Positions 31,918 to 41,418 of a stretch of 64,000 bases of DNA are shown piece by piece; within the stretch, counting starts at the first letter, position 1, and each line of letters starts with the position of its first letter. This stretch comes from Nostoc sp. (lineage in GTDB: Bacteria; Cyanobacteriota; Cyanobacteriia; Cyanobacteriales; Nostocaceae). The DNA is taken from positions 36,569-100,568 of the forward strand of contig NZ_JBALFY010000011.1 in NCBI RefSeq assembly GCF_036916655.1. Reading direction: 5' to 3'. Below the pieces are notes generated by a model. That model did no database searches. It was not told the origin of the DNA and saw nothing but the letters and a program-made list of their open reading frames with translations. A program made the translations under genes and the position numbers.

Positions 31918-32493
31918 ATGCAATATGATATCGCCGCTATTGTTGAGGGCTATGCACAAGGCTATTTTCTCATGGCTGATGAACGCGATCGCCTGAGTTG
32001 GTACGGAAGTCGCGATCGGACTTTGATTCCTTTGGATGAACGGTTTCGCTACCCGAAGTCTTTACAGCGCGTTATCAATCAAGAACGGTTTAGTGTGGCG
32101 ATTAATCAAGACTTCCAAGCTGTGGTGGCTGGCTGTGCTGACAGAGAGACAACCTGGATTTCACCAGAATTACGAGAGATTTATTCGCTACTTTACCAGA
32201 ATGGTTATGCTTATAGTTTTGAAACTTGGCAGGGTGAGGAACTAGCTGGGGGAATTTTAGGGATTGTCATTGGTGGCGCTTTGATTGGTGAGTCGATGTT
32301 CTACCGCATTCCCGAAGGTTCAAAGGTAGCGATGGTGAAGTTGGTAGAAAGATTGCGCCAGAGGAAATTTGTGTTTTTTGATGCCCAAATGATGAATCCC
32401 CATTTGGAAAGGTTTGGTGCTTATCGGGTTGGGGATAAAGAATATCAAATGCTACTTCAACAAGCGTTACAACGTGTTTGTAAATTAGTATAA
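31918..32493 (+). CDS. aat: Leucyl/phenylalanyl-tRNA--protein transferase
   Basis: [39 protein letters not shown]. Confidence 0.92.
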   Translation: MQYDIAAIVEGYAQGYFLMADERDRLSWYGSRDRTLIPLDERFRYPKSLQRVINQERFSVAINQDFQAVVAGCADRETTWISPELREIYSLLYQNGYAYSFETWQGEELAGGILGIVIGGALIGESMFYRIPEGSKVAMVKLVERLRQRKFVFFDAQMMNPHLERFGAYRVGDKEYQMLLQQALQRVCKLV

Positions 32494-32746
32494 ATAATGA
32501 CAAAATTATTAATATTTAATAAGTGGTTTGATTAATGGTTTCCATTGGCAGGTCTAATCCCGCACAGATTCATTCTGACTTCTGAATTCTTCAATCTGTT
32601 TCGGTCAGATGCCCAATACCCCAATCTAGATGCATCTTATGGAAGTTCCTCAAATCTCAATATCCATAGGAGACTAAAGAAGGAAGAATAAAAAATATCT
32701 CATAAGTCTTGCAGTAGCGAAGGCTGTAACTAGTTAAGGAGAATTT

Positions 32747-35275
32747 ATGCGTGCAGTACTGATGGCAGGGGGTTCGGGAACGCGGCTTCGCCCATTAACT
32801 TGCGATCTGCCGAAACCGATGGTGCCGATTCTAAATCGACCAATTGCCGAACATATTATCAATCTCCTCAAAAGACATCAAATTACGGAAGTTATTGCGA
32901 CATTGCATTATTTACCTGATGTCTTGCGAGACTATTTTCAAGATGGCAGCGATTTTGGCGTCCAAATGACTTATGCGGTTGAAGAAGATCAGCCTTTGGG
33001 TACAGCCGGCTGTGTGAAAAACATTGCCGAACTTCTTGATGAAACTTTTTTAGTCATTAGCGGTGATAGCATAACAGATTTCGACCTTACAGCTGCGATC
33101 GCATTTCACAAACAAAAGAAGTCAAAAGCTACTTTGATTTTAACCAGGGTTCCCAACCCGATTGAGTTTGGGGTGGTGATTACCGATGAGGAAGCGCGAA
33201 TTCGGCGATTTTTAGAAAAACCCTCTAGTAGTGAAATTTTTTCTGATACCGTCAATACTGGTACTTACATTCTCGAACCAGAAGTTTTGGAATATCTGCC
33301 AGCAAATATTGAATGTGACTTTTCCAAAGACTTATTCCCCTTACTATTAGCAAAAGATGAGCCAATGTATGGTTACATTGCTCAAGGTTACTGGTGTGAT
33401 GTCGGTCACTTAGATGCCTATCGGGAAGCTCAGTATGACGCTCTAGATCGGAAAGTCAATCTCGATTTTGCCTACAAAGAAATTTCTCATGAGTTATGGG
33501 TAGGCCAAAATACTTACATTGACCAGACGGCTGTGATTGAAACCCCAGTAGTGATTGGTGATAATTGCCGCATCGGTGCAAGAGTCCAAATTGAGGCGGG
33601 AACCGTAATTGGGGATAATGTCACTATTGGCGCTGATGCTAATCTCAAACGTCCCATAGTATGGAATGGGGCATTTATTGGCGATGAAGCACATCTTTCG
33701 GCCTGTGTAATTTCCCGTGGCACTCGTGTAGACCGCCGCGCCCATGTATTAGAAGCTGCTGTTGTGGGTTCCCTTTCCACGGTGGGAGAAGAAGCCCAAA
33801 TTAGCCCTGGTGTGCGTGTTTGGCCTAGTAAAAAGATTGAGTCAGGGGCAGTTTTAAACATTAACTTGATTTGGGGAAACACCGCCCAACGAAATTTATT
33901 TGGGCAACGTGGTGTCCAAGGATTAGCTAATATCGACATCACCCCAGAATTCGCCGTGAAATTGGGATCTGCTTACGGTTCTACATTGAAACCTGGTTCT
34001 AAAGTAACGGTTTCCCGCGACCAGCGTAATGTCTCTCGGATGGTGACGCGATCGCTCATTGCTGGTTTAATGTCAGTAGGTATTGATATTCAAAATCTCG
34101 ATGCCACAGCTATTCCCATTGCCCGCACAGTTATACCCACAATGTCGGTAGCTGGTGGTATCCATGTGCGAGTACACCCCGATCGCCCTGATTACATTTT
34201 GATTGAATTCATGGATGCCAAGGGGATTAATATCTCCAAAGCCCTGGAAAAGAAAATTGAAGGGGCTTACTTTAAGGAAGATATGCGGCGGGCGCTAATT
34301 CATGAAATTGGCGATGTATCTTATCCTAGCCAAGTCATGGAGCGCTACTGCACTGCTTTTGAAAAATTGTTGCATGTTCATACACTCCGCAACAGTCGGG
34401 CAAAAGTGGTGATTGATTATGTTTATGCCGTATCAGGGGCAGTTTTACCCCAAATGTTAGATAAATTTGGCGCTGATGCAGTAGTGTTGAATGCCAGTGT
34501 CAATAAAACGGCAATGTCAATCACTGACCGCGAAGCATTGCTGACTCAATTAGGCCATGTTGTGGAAGCATTAAAAGCTAACTTTGGCGTGCAAGTATCC
34601 GCGAATGGGGAACAACTAATTTTAGTTGATGAATCAGGCTACCCAATTCGTGGAGAAACTTTAACTGCACTGATGGTAGACATGATTCTGACGGCTAACC
34701 CCAGAGGAACAGTAGTAGTACCAGTTCATGCTTCCAGTGCGATTGAACAAGTCGCCCGTCGCCATGATGGCAGAGTGATTCGCACCAAAGCCAACCCGAC
34801 AGCTTTAATGGAGGCTTGTCAGAAAAACCCAAATGTGGTATTGGGAGGTAGTGGAGAGACTGGTTTTATTTTCCCGCAACTGCATCCGGGATTTGATTCT
34901 ATGTTCTGCATTGCCAAGATCATTGAGATGTTGACTATACAAGAGCGATCGCTTGCGGCGGCGCGATCGGAATTACCCCGTGTAATTCACAAAACTTATA
35001 CAGTCCGCTGTCCGTGGACAGCTAAGGGTGCTTTGATGCGTTACTTAGTGGAAACTCACCCAGCCCAAAACCTAGAGTTAATCGATGGAGTGAAAATTTG
35101 TCAACCTTATGATGACAGTTGGCTGTTAGTTTTACCAGATGCCAGCGAACCACTGGTGCATTTGTATGCAAATAGCAACGATCGCGAATGGGTAGATGAG
35201 ACTGTGAGAAACTACCGCGCTCGTGTCCAGTCGTTTGTGGAAAGACAACAAGAATATCAACCCGCAGAAGTGTAA
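32747..35275 (+). CDS. Mannose-1-phosphate guanylyltransferase fused to hexapeptide repeats and a phosphomannomutase-like domain
   Basis: [17 protein letters not shown], left-handed beta-helix repeats, LFGQRGVQG start of the PGM/PMM fold. Confidence 0.88.
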   Translation: MRAVLMAGGSGTRLRPLTCDLPKPMVPILNRPIAEHIINLLKRHQITEVIATLHYLPDVLRDYFQDGSDFGVQMTYAVEEDQPLGTAGCVKNIAELLDETFLVISGDSITDFDLTAAIAFHKQKKSKATLILTRVPNPIEFGVVITDEEARIRRFLEKPSSSEIFSDTVNTGTYILEPEVLEYLPANIECDFSKDLFPLLLAKDEPMYGYIAQGYWCDVGHLDAYREAQYDALDRKVNLDFAYKEISHELWVGQNTYIDQTAVIETPVVIGDNCRIGARVQIEAGTVIGDNVTIGADANLKRPIVWNGAFIGDEAHLSACVISRGTRVDRRAHVLEAAVVGSLSTVGEEAQISPGVRVWPSKKIESGAVLNINLIWGNTAQRNLFGQRGVQGLANIDITPEFAVKLGSAYGSTLKPGSKVTVSRDQRNVSRMVTRSLIAGLMSVGIDIQNLDATAIPIARTVIPTMSVAGGIHVRVHPDRPDYILIEFMDAKGINISKALEKKIEGAYFKEDMRRALIHEIGDVSYPSQVMERYCTAFEKLLHVHTLRNSRAKVVIDYVYAVSGAVLPQMLDKFGADAVVLNASVNKTAMSITDREALLTQLGHVVEALKANFGVQVSANGEQLILVDESGYPIRGETLTALMVDMILTANPRGTVVVPVHASSAIEQVARRHDGRVIRTKANPTALMEACQKNPNVVLGGSGETGFIFPQLHPGFDSMFCIAKIIEMLTIQERSLAAARSELPRVIHKTYTVRCPWTAKGALMRYLVETHPAQNLELIDGVKICQPYDDSWLLVLPDASEPLVHLYANSNDREWVDETVRNYRARVQSFVERQQEYQPAEV

Positions 35276-35327
35276 TTCGTAATTCGTAATTAAAGAATTA
35301 CGAATTACGAATTAGTAATTACGAATT
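35275..35327. terminator. Inverted (AATTCGT)n / (AATTACG)n hairpin between convergent genes
   Basis: Palindromic heptamer arms directly after the stop codon. Confidence 0.55.
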
Positions 35328-35350
35328 ATGCTGAGAGGTGTTCACAATTC

Positions 35351-35653
35351 TCATCGCGGACATTCTGGTAAACTTCTCTCAGCGTAATTGCAATCAAAAT
35401 AAATTAGAGCTTCTCTACTAGAAGCAAATGCTCTAGTTGTGGAGTGTGCGTCACTGTTTTGACTTGCTTTAGATGACCAAATTTTCAAGTAGTAACCACT
35501 GTTATCATCACTAGACCATAATTCATAACGGTAATTACCTCCTGAACCCTGACTATTTAAATAGTCAGCTAGTGCTGTATTGGATGTAGATACAAAGCTA
35601 AATACAGTCAAAACAGGAATTACAGCTACCTTTAGTATTTGGATTAATTTCAT
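35351..35653 (-). CDS. Small secreted hypothetical protein
   Basis: Signal peptide ending TALA-D; mature part about 70 aa with a C-terminal Cys pair. Confidence 0.7.
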   Translation of the reverse strand: MKLIQILKVAVIPVLTVFSFVSTSNTALADYLNSQGSGGNYRYELWSSDDNSGYYLKIWSSKASQNSDAHSTTRAFASSREALIYFDCNYAERSLPECPR

Positions 35654-35889
35654 ATATCCAGAAAAAATTTACCTCCTCTAGCTTCCTGTACCGAAGTGAT
35701 TTTTGGAACCAGTAATTACCAGGAATGTTTTGTGAGGATATCATAAGTAAGCGGACAGAATTAATTACAGTCATTGTGTAATTAATTTTGTTTATCTACT
35801 TAATGTCTAACTTTTGCTGAAACGGCCTAATACAAAAGCCTGCTTGACTGTTAGATAAAACCTAAAACCCAATCCCTACTTGTCTAAAG

Positions 35890-36837
35890 TTAATACAACG
35901 ACTTAATCCACTCCCATTCCCGTGTCAAACCCTCTCTTAGGGAAACTTGCGGCTGATATCCCAGGAGTTTCTGCGCTTTAGATACATCAGCAGCCGTGTG
36001 GCGGGCATCTCCCATCGCCTTTTCTATGTGGTTTCTTTTAATTGGTTTTCCGACAATTTCTTCAATCGTATCCAAAACTTCTGCTAAAACTACTCTGCTA
36101 CCACCACCGATATTAAAGATTTCTCCCACGGCTTCGGGTGCGGTGGCGGCTGCTAAATTAGCGGCAATGATATCACTAACAAAGGTAAACTCCCGCGTTT
36201 GCTGTCCATCGCCGTAAATAGGAATCGCCTCATCTTGCAAAATGGATTTAAAAAACTTATTAAATGCCATATCTGGGCGCTGTTTAGGGCCATAAACTGT
36301 GAAATAACGCAATGCCACACAGGGTACGCCAAAGTTTTTGTGATACACTTCACATAAAAACTCCGCTGCTAGCTTCGTAATGCCGTAAGGAGAAACTGGT
36401 TGAGGACAAATTCTCTCATGGGTAGGTAATGTTTCCGCATCACCATATACACTTGATGAAGAAGCAAACACTAACCTTTTCAGGTGTTTAGCATCCTTAG
36501 CTGCTTCTAGCAAAACTTGTGTAGCATTAATATTTCGTTCTGTATAACCTCGAAAAGATTTACCCCAACTTGCTCTGACACCTGCTTGGGCTGCTTGATG
36601 GTAAACTACATCAACATCTTTTAGGAGTTGCTGCCAATCTAAAAACTGCATATCTCCTTCAATTAAAGTAAAGCCAGGTGACTGATGTAAGTGTGCAATA
36701 TTTTTAAACTTTAACATCGGATCGTAGTAATCATTGAATTCATCAATCCCGATCACTTCTTCCCCTTGTTGCAGCAATGTTTCTGTAAGATGAGAGCCAA
36801 TAAAGCCAGCGGCTCCAGTAATAATAATTTTAGCCAT
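35890..36837 (-). CDS. NAD-dependent nucleotide-sugar epimerase/dehydratase
   Basis: TGAAGFIG, AAQAGVR, ASSSSVYG, YGITK, RYFTVYGP. Confidence 0.92.
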   Translation of the reverse strand: MAKIIITGAAGFIGSHLTETLLQQGEEVIGIDEFNDYYDPMLKFKNIAHLHQSPGFTLIEGDMQFLDWQQLLKDVDVVYHQAAQAGVRASWGKSFRGYTERNINATQVLLEAAKDAKHLKRLVFASSSSVYGDAETLPTHERICPQPVSPYGITKLAAEFLCEVYHKNFGVPCVALRYFTVYGPKQRPDMAFNKFFKSILQDEAIPIYGDGQQTREFTFVSDIIAANLAAATAPEAVGEIFNIGGGSRVVLAEVLDTIEEIVGKPIKRNHIEKAMGDARHTAADVSKAQKLLGYQPQVSLREGLTREWEWIKSLY

Positions 36838-37102
36838 GTTGCTTATTTTTTGATATTTTCATTAATCTGCATATTCACAGGTTAATACTTGTAATCAATG
36901 ATCGTCATTACCTGAAGATGATTTTTTACTCAATTATTTCAATGCTTAAAAAAATCATTATAAACACTTAAGCTTTATACTTATACTTTAAAACCCTAAG
37001 TATATTTATTGAATTATTGCTATTAATAACATTGATTACATCTTTGCTTACAGCAGTTTTCATGTATTTGAACCACATCTGTCGTAAGGGCACAGCAATG
37101 CT

Positions 37103-37383
37103 CATTGGTGTCAACTTAAGCTGGAAATAGCTTAACTGTTGGCTTCCATGCCCGCCCGGAAATAAATAAATGAGTAATGAGTAATGAGTAATAAGTAATA
37201 AGTGATACCAATTACTTATTACTTATTACTTCAAAAATAAATTTTTTTGGCTTTTAGCTAAAGTCTACTGAAGTAGACTGGAGATTTTTGGCGATATCTA
37301 GTCATCTGAAGATGACTTTAGCGATGAGACGGGAATTTCAATTCCCGGCGGACAAGCGGTTTCGCGTTAAGTTGAGACTAATG
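37103..37383. mobile_element. MITE family B, copy 2 (inverted relative to 10137-10423), inside a REP-like GTAAGGGCACAGCA...CCGTGCCCCTAC palindrome
   Basis: Ends CATTGGTGTCAACTTAA / TTAAGTTGAGACTAATG; interior matches copy 1; no clean target duplication. Confidence 0.8.
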
Positions 37384-37408
37384 CCCCGTGCCCCTACCTC
37401 CTCTACCT

Positions 37409-40183
37409 TTAGTTAACTATTTTGGCTGGAGGTTTAATGGGAATCTCAATCCAGAACTCTGTACCTCTGCCTGGTTCTGAAATGCACTCCATTATTCCCC
37501 CATGTTTTTCGACAATAATCTGATAGCTAATTGACAGTCCCAAACCTGTACCCTTACCTACGGGTTTGGTAGTGTAAAACGGGTCAAAAATTCGCTTTTT
37601 CACTTCTTCAGTCATTCCAGTCCCATTGTCACTAATACGAATCAACAGACGAGAGTTGTCTGCTGAGGCTTTAGTAGAAATCTGAATAGTTGGAATTGGG
37701 CATGAATTATTCTCCTCATCTCCCTCATCCCTATTCCCTAGTTCCCACTTTCGACTCGCCACTCCCAAAGCATCTATGGCATTGCTGAAAATATTCATGA
37801 ATACCTGATTCATTTGACCGGCATAGCATTCTACCCGTGGAATGTTGCCATAGTCTTTGATTATCTCAATGCGTGGAGATCCAGCGCTTCCTTTTAGCCG
37901 ATGTTGCAAAATTAATAAGGTGTTGTCAAGACCTTCGTGAATGTCTACGCGCTTGTTTTCAGCCTCATCTAAGCGAGAAAAATTGCGTAACGACAACACT
38001 ATTGAACGGATGCGATCGCTTCCTACTTGCATTGATGTCAGAATTTTGGGGAGGTCTTCTATCAAAAATTCAAAATCGATCGCTTCGATCGCGGCGATAA
38101 TTTCAGGATGGGGATGGGGATAGTGTAGTCGGTAGAGACGTAAAATTTCTAGGAGTTGTTCGGTGTAGTCAGCGGCATGGCAGAGATTACCGTAAATAAA
38201 GTTAACGGGGTTATTGATTTCGTGAGCGATACCTGCTATCAACTGTCCCAAGCCAGACATTTTTTCGGTCTGAACCAATCTTGTCTGTGTTTCTTGGAGT
38301 TCACGTAGGGTATGCTCTACCTGAACAGCTTGATTTCTAGCTTCAATTTCAGCATCGTAGGTTTGTTTGTAGAGTTGTGCTTGTTGAATAGCGATCGCAG
38401 CTTGATCTCCTAACTGTTGCAATAAATCAATTTCTGCATCTTGCCAATTTCTGGGAGCCTCACATTCATGGGCAATTAATAAACCCCATAGTTCAATACC
38501 TATATTAATCGGAACTATTAAGTTTGCTTGCACTTGCAGACTTTCCAAAAACTCTCGATGACAATCACTTAAAGAATCCGCTGCAACGTTGTTAATTGCC
38601 CGTACCCGGCCCTGAAAGTATAGAGGGGTATACTCATCAGGAAAGCATTCTAGTGGTGCATTCACTCCTATAACTGACTGCCAATCGCCATTAATCTCTT
38701 CCACAATTACCGATTTACTCTTCAGTTCAAAAATCAGCACTCGGTCGGAATTTAGTAGGGAACGGACTTCCCGAACGATAGTTTGTAGGGTTTTCTGTAG
38801 GTCTAATGTACGGCGAATATGCTCTGTAACTTGCTTGAGTACTTTGGTAAACAATAATGATTTTTCCAGTTCAGCAGTTTGCTCTTGCACTCGCTGTTCT
38901 AGGTTGGCATTCAGGGCTTGCACCTGTTTATACATCTGTTGTTGCTCAATTGCCATTGAGAAATGCTCACATAAGGCTTGTGCCAATAAGATGTCTTCTG
39001 GCTTCCACTCAGGTGATTGTCCCTTTTTTTGCTCTCGCCAAACATCAAAGGAAACCTGGGGTAATAGTTGTCGCCGATTTTGATCGCATTGTCCCGCCCA
39101 CAAAATTTCTGTTTCAAATTCAGAGCGAAAAATACTTAATACACCGATAAATTCTTCACGGTAATGTAGAGGAATCACCATGAGTCCGCGAATTTGAGTA
39201 GAACGAAACGCTAAAGCCAAAACTCGTAAACGTGGTTCTTTGTATAGATCAGGGGTTGACCAAATATCACCTTGTTTACACTCAGCCATCCAGTTTTGCC
39301 AGATGGGATGCTGTTCGAGAATACTGTTATCTAATTCGTAAGGAAGTGTCGGTTGGTCGCCCCAAGTATATAGTTCTCCAGTCTGTTCAATGTAAAGTCT
39401 GCCACCGACTCCACTAAAGGCAACAATAACTTCTTCTAGCGCTCCCTGTAATTGGATTGTCGGCAGTTTATGCAATAGTGTGGTAACTCGATTAATAGTA
39501 GCTTCTCGCTCTTGTTTGGCGCGGGCTGTGGTGAGTATATTACTTTGAGCGATCGCGATCGTTACCTGGTCAACAACTTGCTGCAATACTTTTAGTTCCC
39601 GCTTCAAAATCTCTCGCGGTTCACTGTGGTGAGATACCAATAATCCCCACAATTTCGCTTTTGCTGATTGTTCTTGTGGATCGCAATGTAAAATTGGCAC
39701 TACTAATGAAGACTGCACGCCCATTGCCTTTAAGTATTGAATATGGCATGGGTCTACCTGCCGATAGTAGATATTAGTTTGTAGACGTTTACCAGTTTCT
39801 TTTGACTGTAGAGGCGATAGCCCAATCTTCTCATTTGCCACATCCACAATTGAGCGTTGCCCAGCTAACAAAAACATCTCTCTGGCGGCTTCTGGAATAT
39901 CGTGAACTGGAAAGCGTAACCCCAATACAGACGGCAGACGTTGCTCATAAATAGATTCAGCGATGACTTCACCACTACCATCAGCATCAAAGCGATATAC
40001 CTTTACCCGATCTGCACCCAAAAATAAACGCACTTCGCTCACAGTAGTCGTTAATATCTCTTGAAGGTCGAGCGATCGCCTGATCTGTTTTGTCATCCGG
40101 TGCAGTAAACTTTCTTGGTCTACTAAACTTTGCTGCAATCCGTTTGGTTTATCGCTAAGTGTCATTACTGGTATATGCCACAA
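37409..40183 (-). CDS. Knotless phytochrome / cyanobacteriochrome histidine kinase (GAF-PHY-GAF-HK, AphC-like)
   Basis: GAF1 with DIP and PCH motifs, PHY tongue PQVSF..W.E, GAF3 with ECF and DCH, H-box AHEINNP, GKGTGLGL. Confidence 0.85.
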   Translation of the reverse strand: MWHIPVMTLSDKPNGLQQSLVDQESLLHRMTKQIRRSLDLQEILTTTVSEVRLFLGADRVKVYRFDADGSGEVIAESIYEQRLPSVLGLRFPVHDIPEAAREMFLLAGQRSIVDVANEKIGLSPLQSKETGKRLQTNIYYRQVDPCHIQYLKAMGVQSSLVVPILHCDPQEQSAKAKLWGLLVSHHSEPREILKRELKVLQQVVDQVTIAIAQSNILTTARAKQEREATINRVTTLLHKLPTIQLQGALEEVIVAFSGVGGRLYIEQTGELYTWGDQPTLPYELDNSILEQHPIWQNWMAECKQGDIWSTPDLYKEPRLRVLALAFRSTQIRGLMVIPLHYREEFIGVLSIFRSEFETEILWAGQCDQNRRQLLPQVSFDVWREQKKGQSPEWKPEDILLAQALCEHFSMAIEQQQMYKQVQALNANLEQRVQEQTAELEKSLLFTKVLKQVTEHIRRTLDLQKTLQTIVREVRSLLNSDRVLIFELKSKSVIVEEINGDWQSVIGVNAPLECFPDEYTPLYFQGRVRAINNVAADSLSDCHREFLESLQVQANLIVPINIGIELWGLLIAHECEAPRNWQDAEIDLLQQLGDQAAIAIQQAQLYKQTYDAEIEARNQAVQVEHTLRELQETQTRLVQTEKMSGLGQLIAGIAHEINNPVNFIYGNLCHAADYTEQLLEILRLYRLHYPHPHPEIIAAIEAIDFEFLIEDLPKILTSMQVGSDRIRSIVLSLRNFSRLDEAENKRVDIHEGLDNTLLILQHRLKGSAGSPRIEIIKDYGNIPRVECYAGQMNQVFMNIFSNAIDALGVASRKWELGNRDEGDEENNSCPIPTIQISTKASADNSRLLIRISDNGTGMTEEVKKRIFDPFYTTKPVGKGTGLGLSISYQIIVEKHGGIMECISEPGRGTEFWIEIPIKPPAKIVN

Positions 40184-40719
40184 TTAAAGTATAATTTTTT
40201 ATAATCGTCTCTGATAGTAATTTCTAACTTACAATGCTTTGATTTTCACCATATTTCCAGGATTTTCCACTACAAATTTATTGCTAGAGGCGTACATTCA
40301 TTTATTGTAAATACTTTTGGAAATGGATTCAGAGGATATTTGAAAAGCATCAGATATTTTGCTTGATCCCCGTAGCCCTTCTAAAGTGGATTTAGAGAGA
40401 TATCAAAACGCTGTATCATTAAAGACTTTTAAGTATCATCTCAAATCTAAAGTTCAGAAAAGTTTAATCATTGACACTTATTAATTTTATATTCTCACCC
40501 ATTAAACTATTCCAGTAATTTCACTTAAATTATTTAGGCAATAATTTAGTGAAATTAAAAATATTTTTGATCATTTTTGCCCATGAATTCAATTAATTAA
40601 GATTTTTTAAAATCACTTCCTAAATTATTGGTAACTTTTTTAAATATTTTTGACTGGGGAATTTCTAAATTCCCCGTTTAATTGCTGACTTTATATTGAA
40701 TGTAACAATTTTGATTAAA

Positions 40720-41190
40720 CTATTCGTAAACTATCGTTAAAGATAGTAAATTCCGAATTTCTTCACGCACACTCATGAGAGTTTTACCGAGATAGTTTTG
40801 ACCAGCTTGATTAGCACCACAGCCCCAAAAAGAATCGGTTGGGGAGTTTTCCACCAAAATCTCATCACCTGTCTTCAAGAGAACTTCTCTAATATCAGTA
40901 TGAGTAAGAAACTTTTTGAGTACAGCCTCTCGCATAATTTGAGTTTTGACCAAATTCCAGTCTTGACGGAGTTGGCGAGTGCTACATCTTCCCAAAATGG
41001 CAGCTTCTTCTGGAGTGGCAGCGGCATGGATGAGGGGTATAATTGCTGCATCTGTGCTGCCGACAAACTTTTGTGCTTGATAATAATGCTCAACCGTTGG
41101 CCAGTAAGTACCCTCGATGTGGATTCCGTGGGGAGAAAAGTTAGAAAAACAGCCATAAGGCTGCCAAACCTTATAAAAGTAAATGGTCAT
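40720..41190 (-). CDS. NADAR (YbiA/RibX-like) N-glycosidase
   Basis: FSNF, TVEHYYQAQKF, KKFLTH, LVENSPTDSFWG, NYLGKTLM.VR. Confidence 0.92.
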   Translation of the reverse strand: MTIYFYKVWQPYGCFSNFSPHGIHIEGTYWPTVEHYYQAQKFVGSTDAAIIPLIHAAATPEEAAILGRCSTRQLRQDWNLVKTQIMREAVLKKFLTHTDIREVLLKTGDEILVENSPTDSFWGCGANQAGQNYLGKTLMSVREEIRNLLSLTIVYE

Positions 41191-41418
41191 TTTAAAATTG
41201 CTCTTTCATATATCAATTTCAGGGTAACTGAAAGTTTAGGATTCAAAACCGTTCCTTAGGATGAAGGGTTTTAACATTAGGTTAAGGGAATTATTTTATA
41301 CAACTTTACACAATTCCTGGAACCAGCTAACTTATGATATTTTTTTCTTGTAGCAAAATAACCACCTACAGTACTATTTTTTTGGGTGAAGTAGCAAATT
41401 ATATTTTGGACAGGTGAG

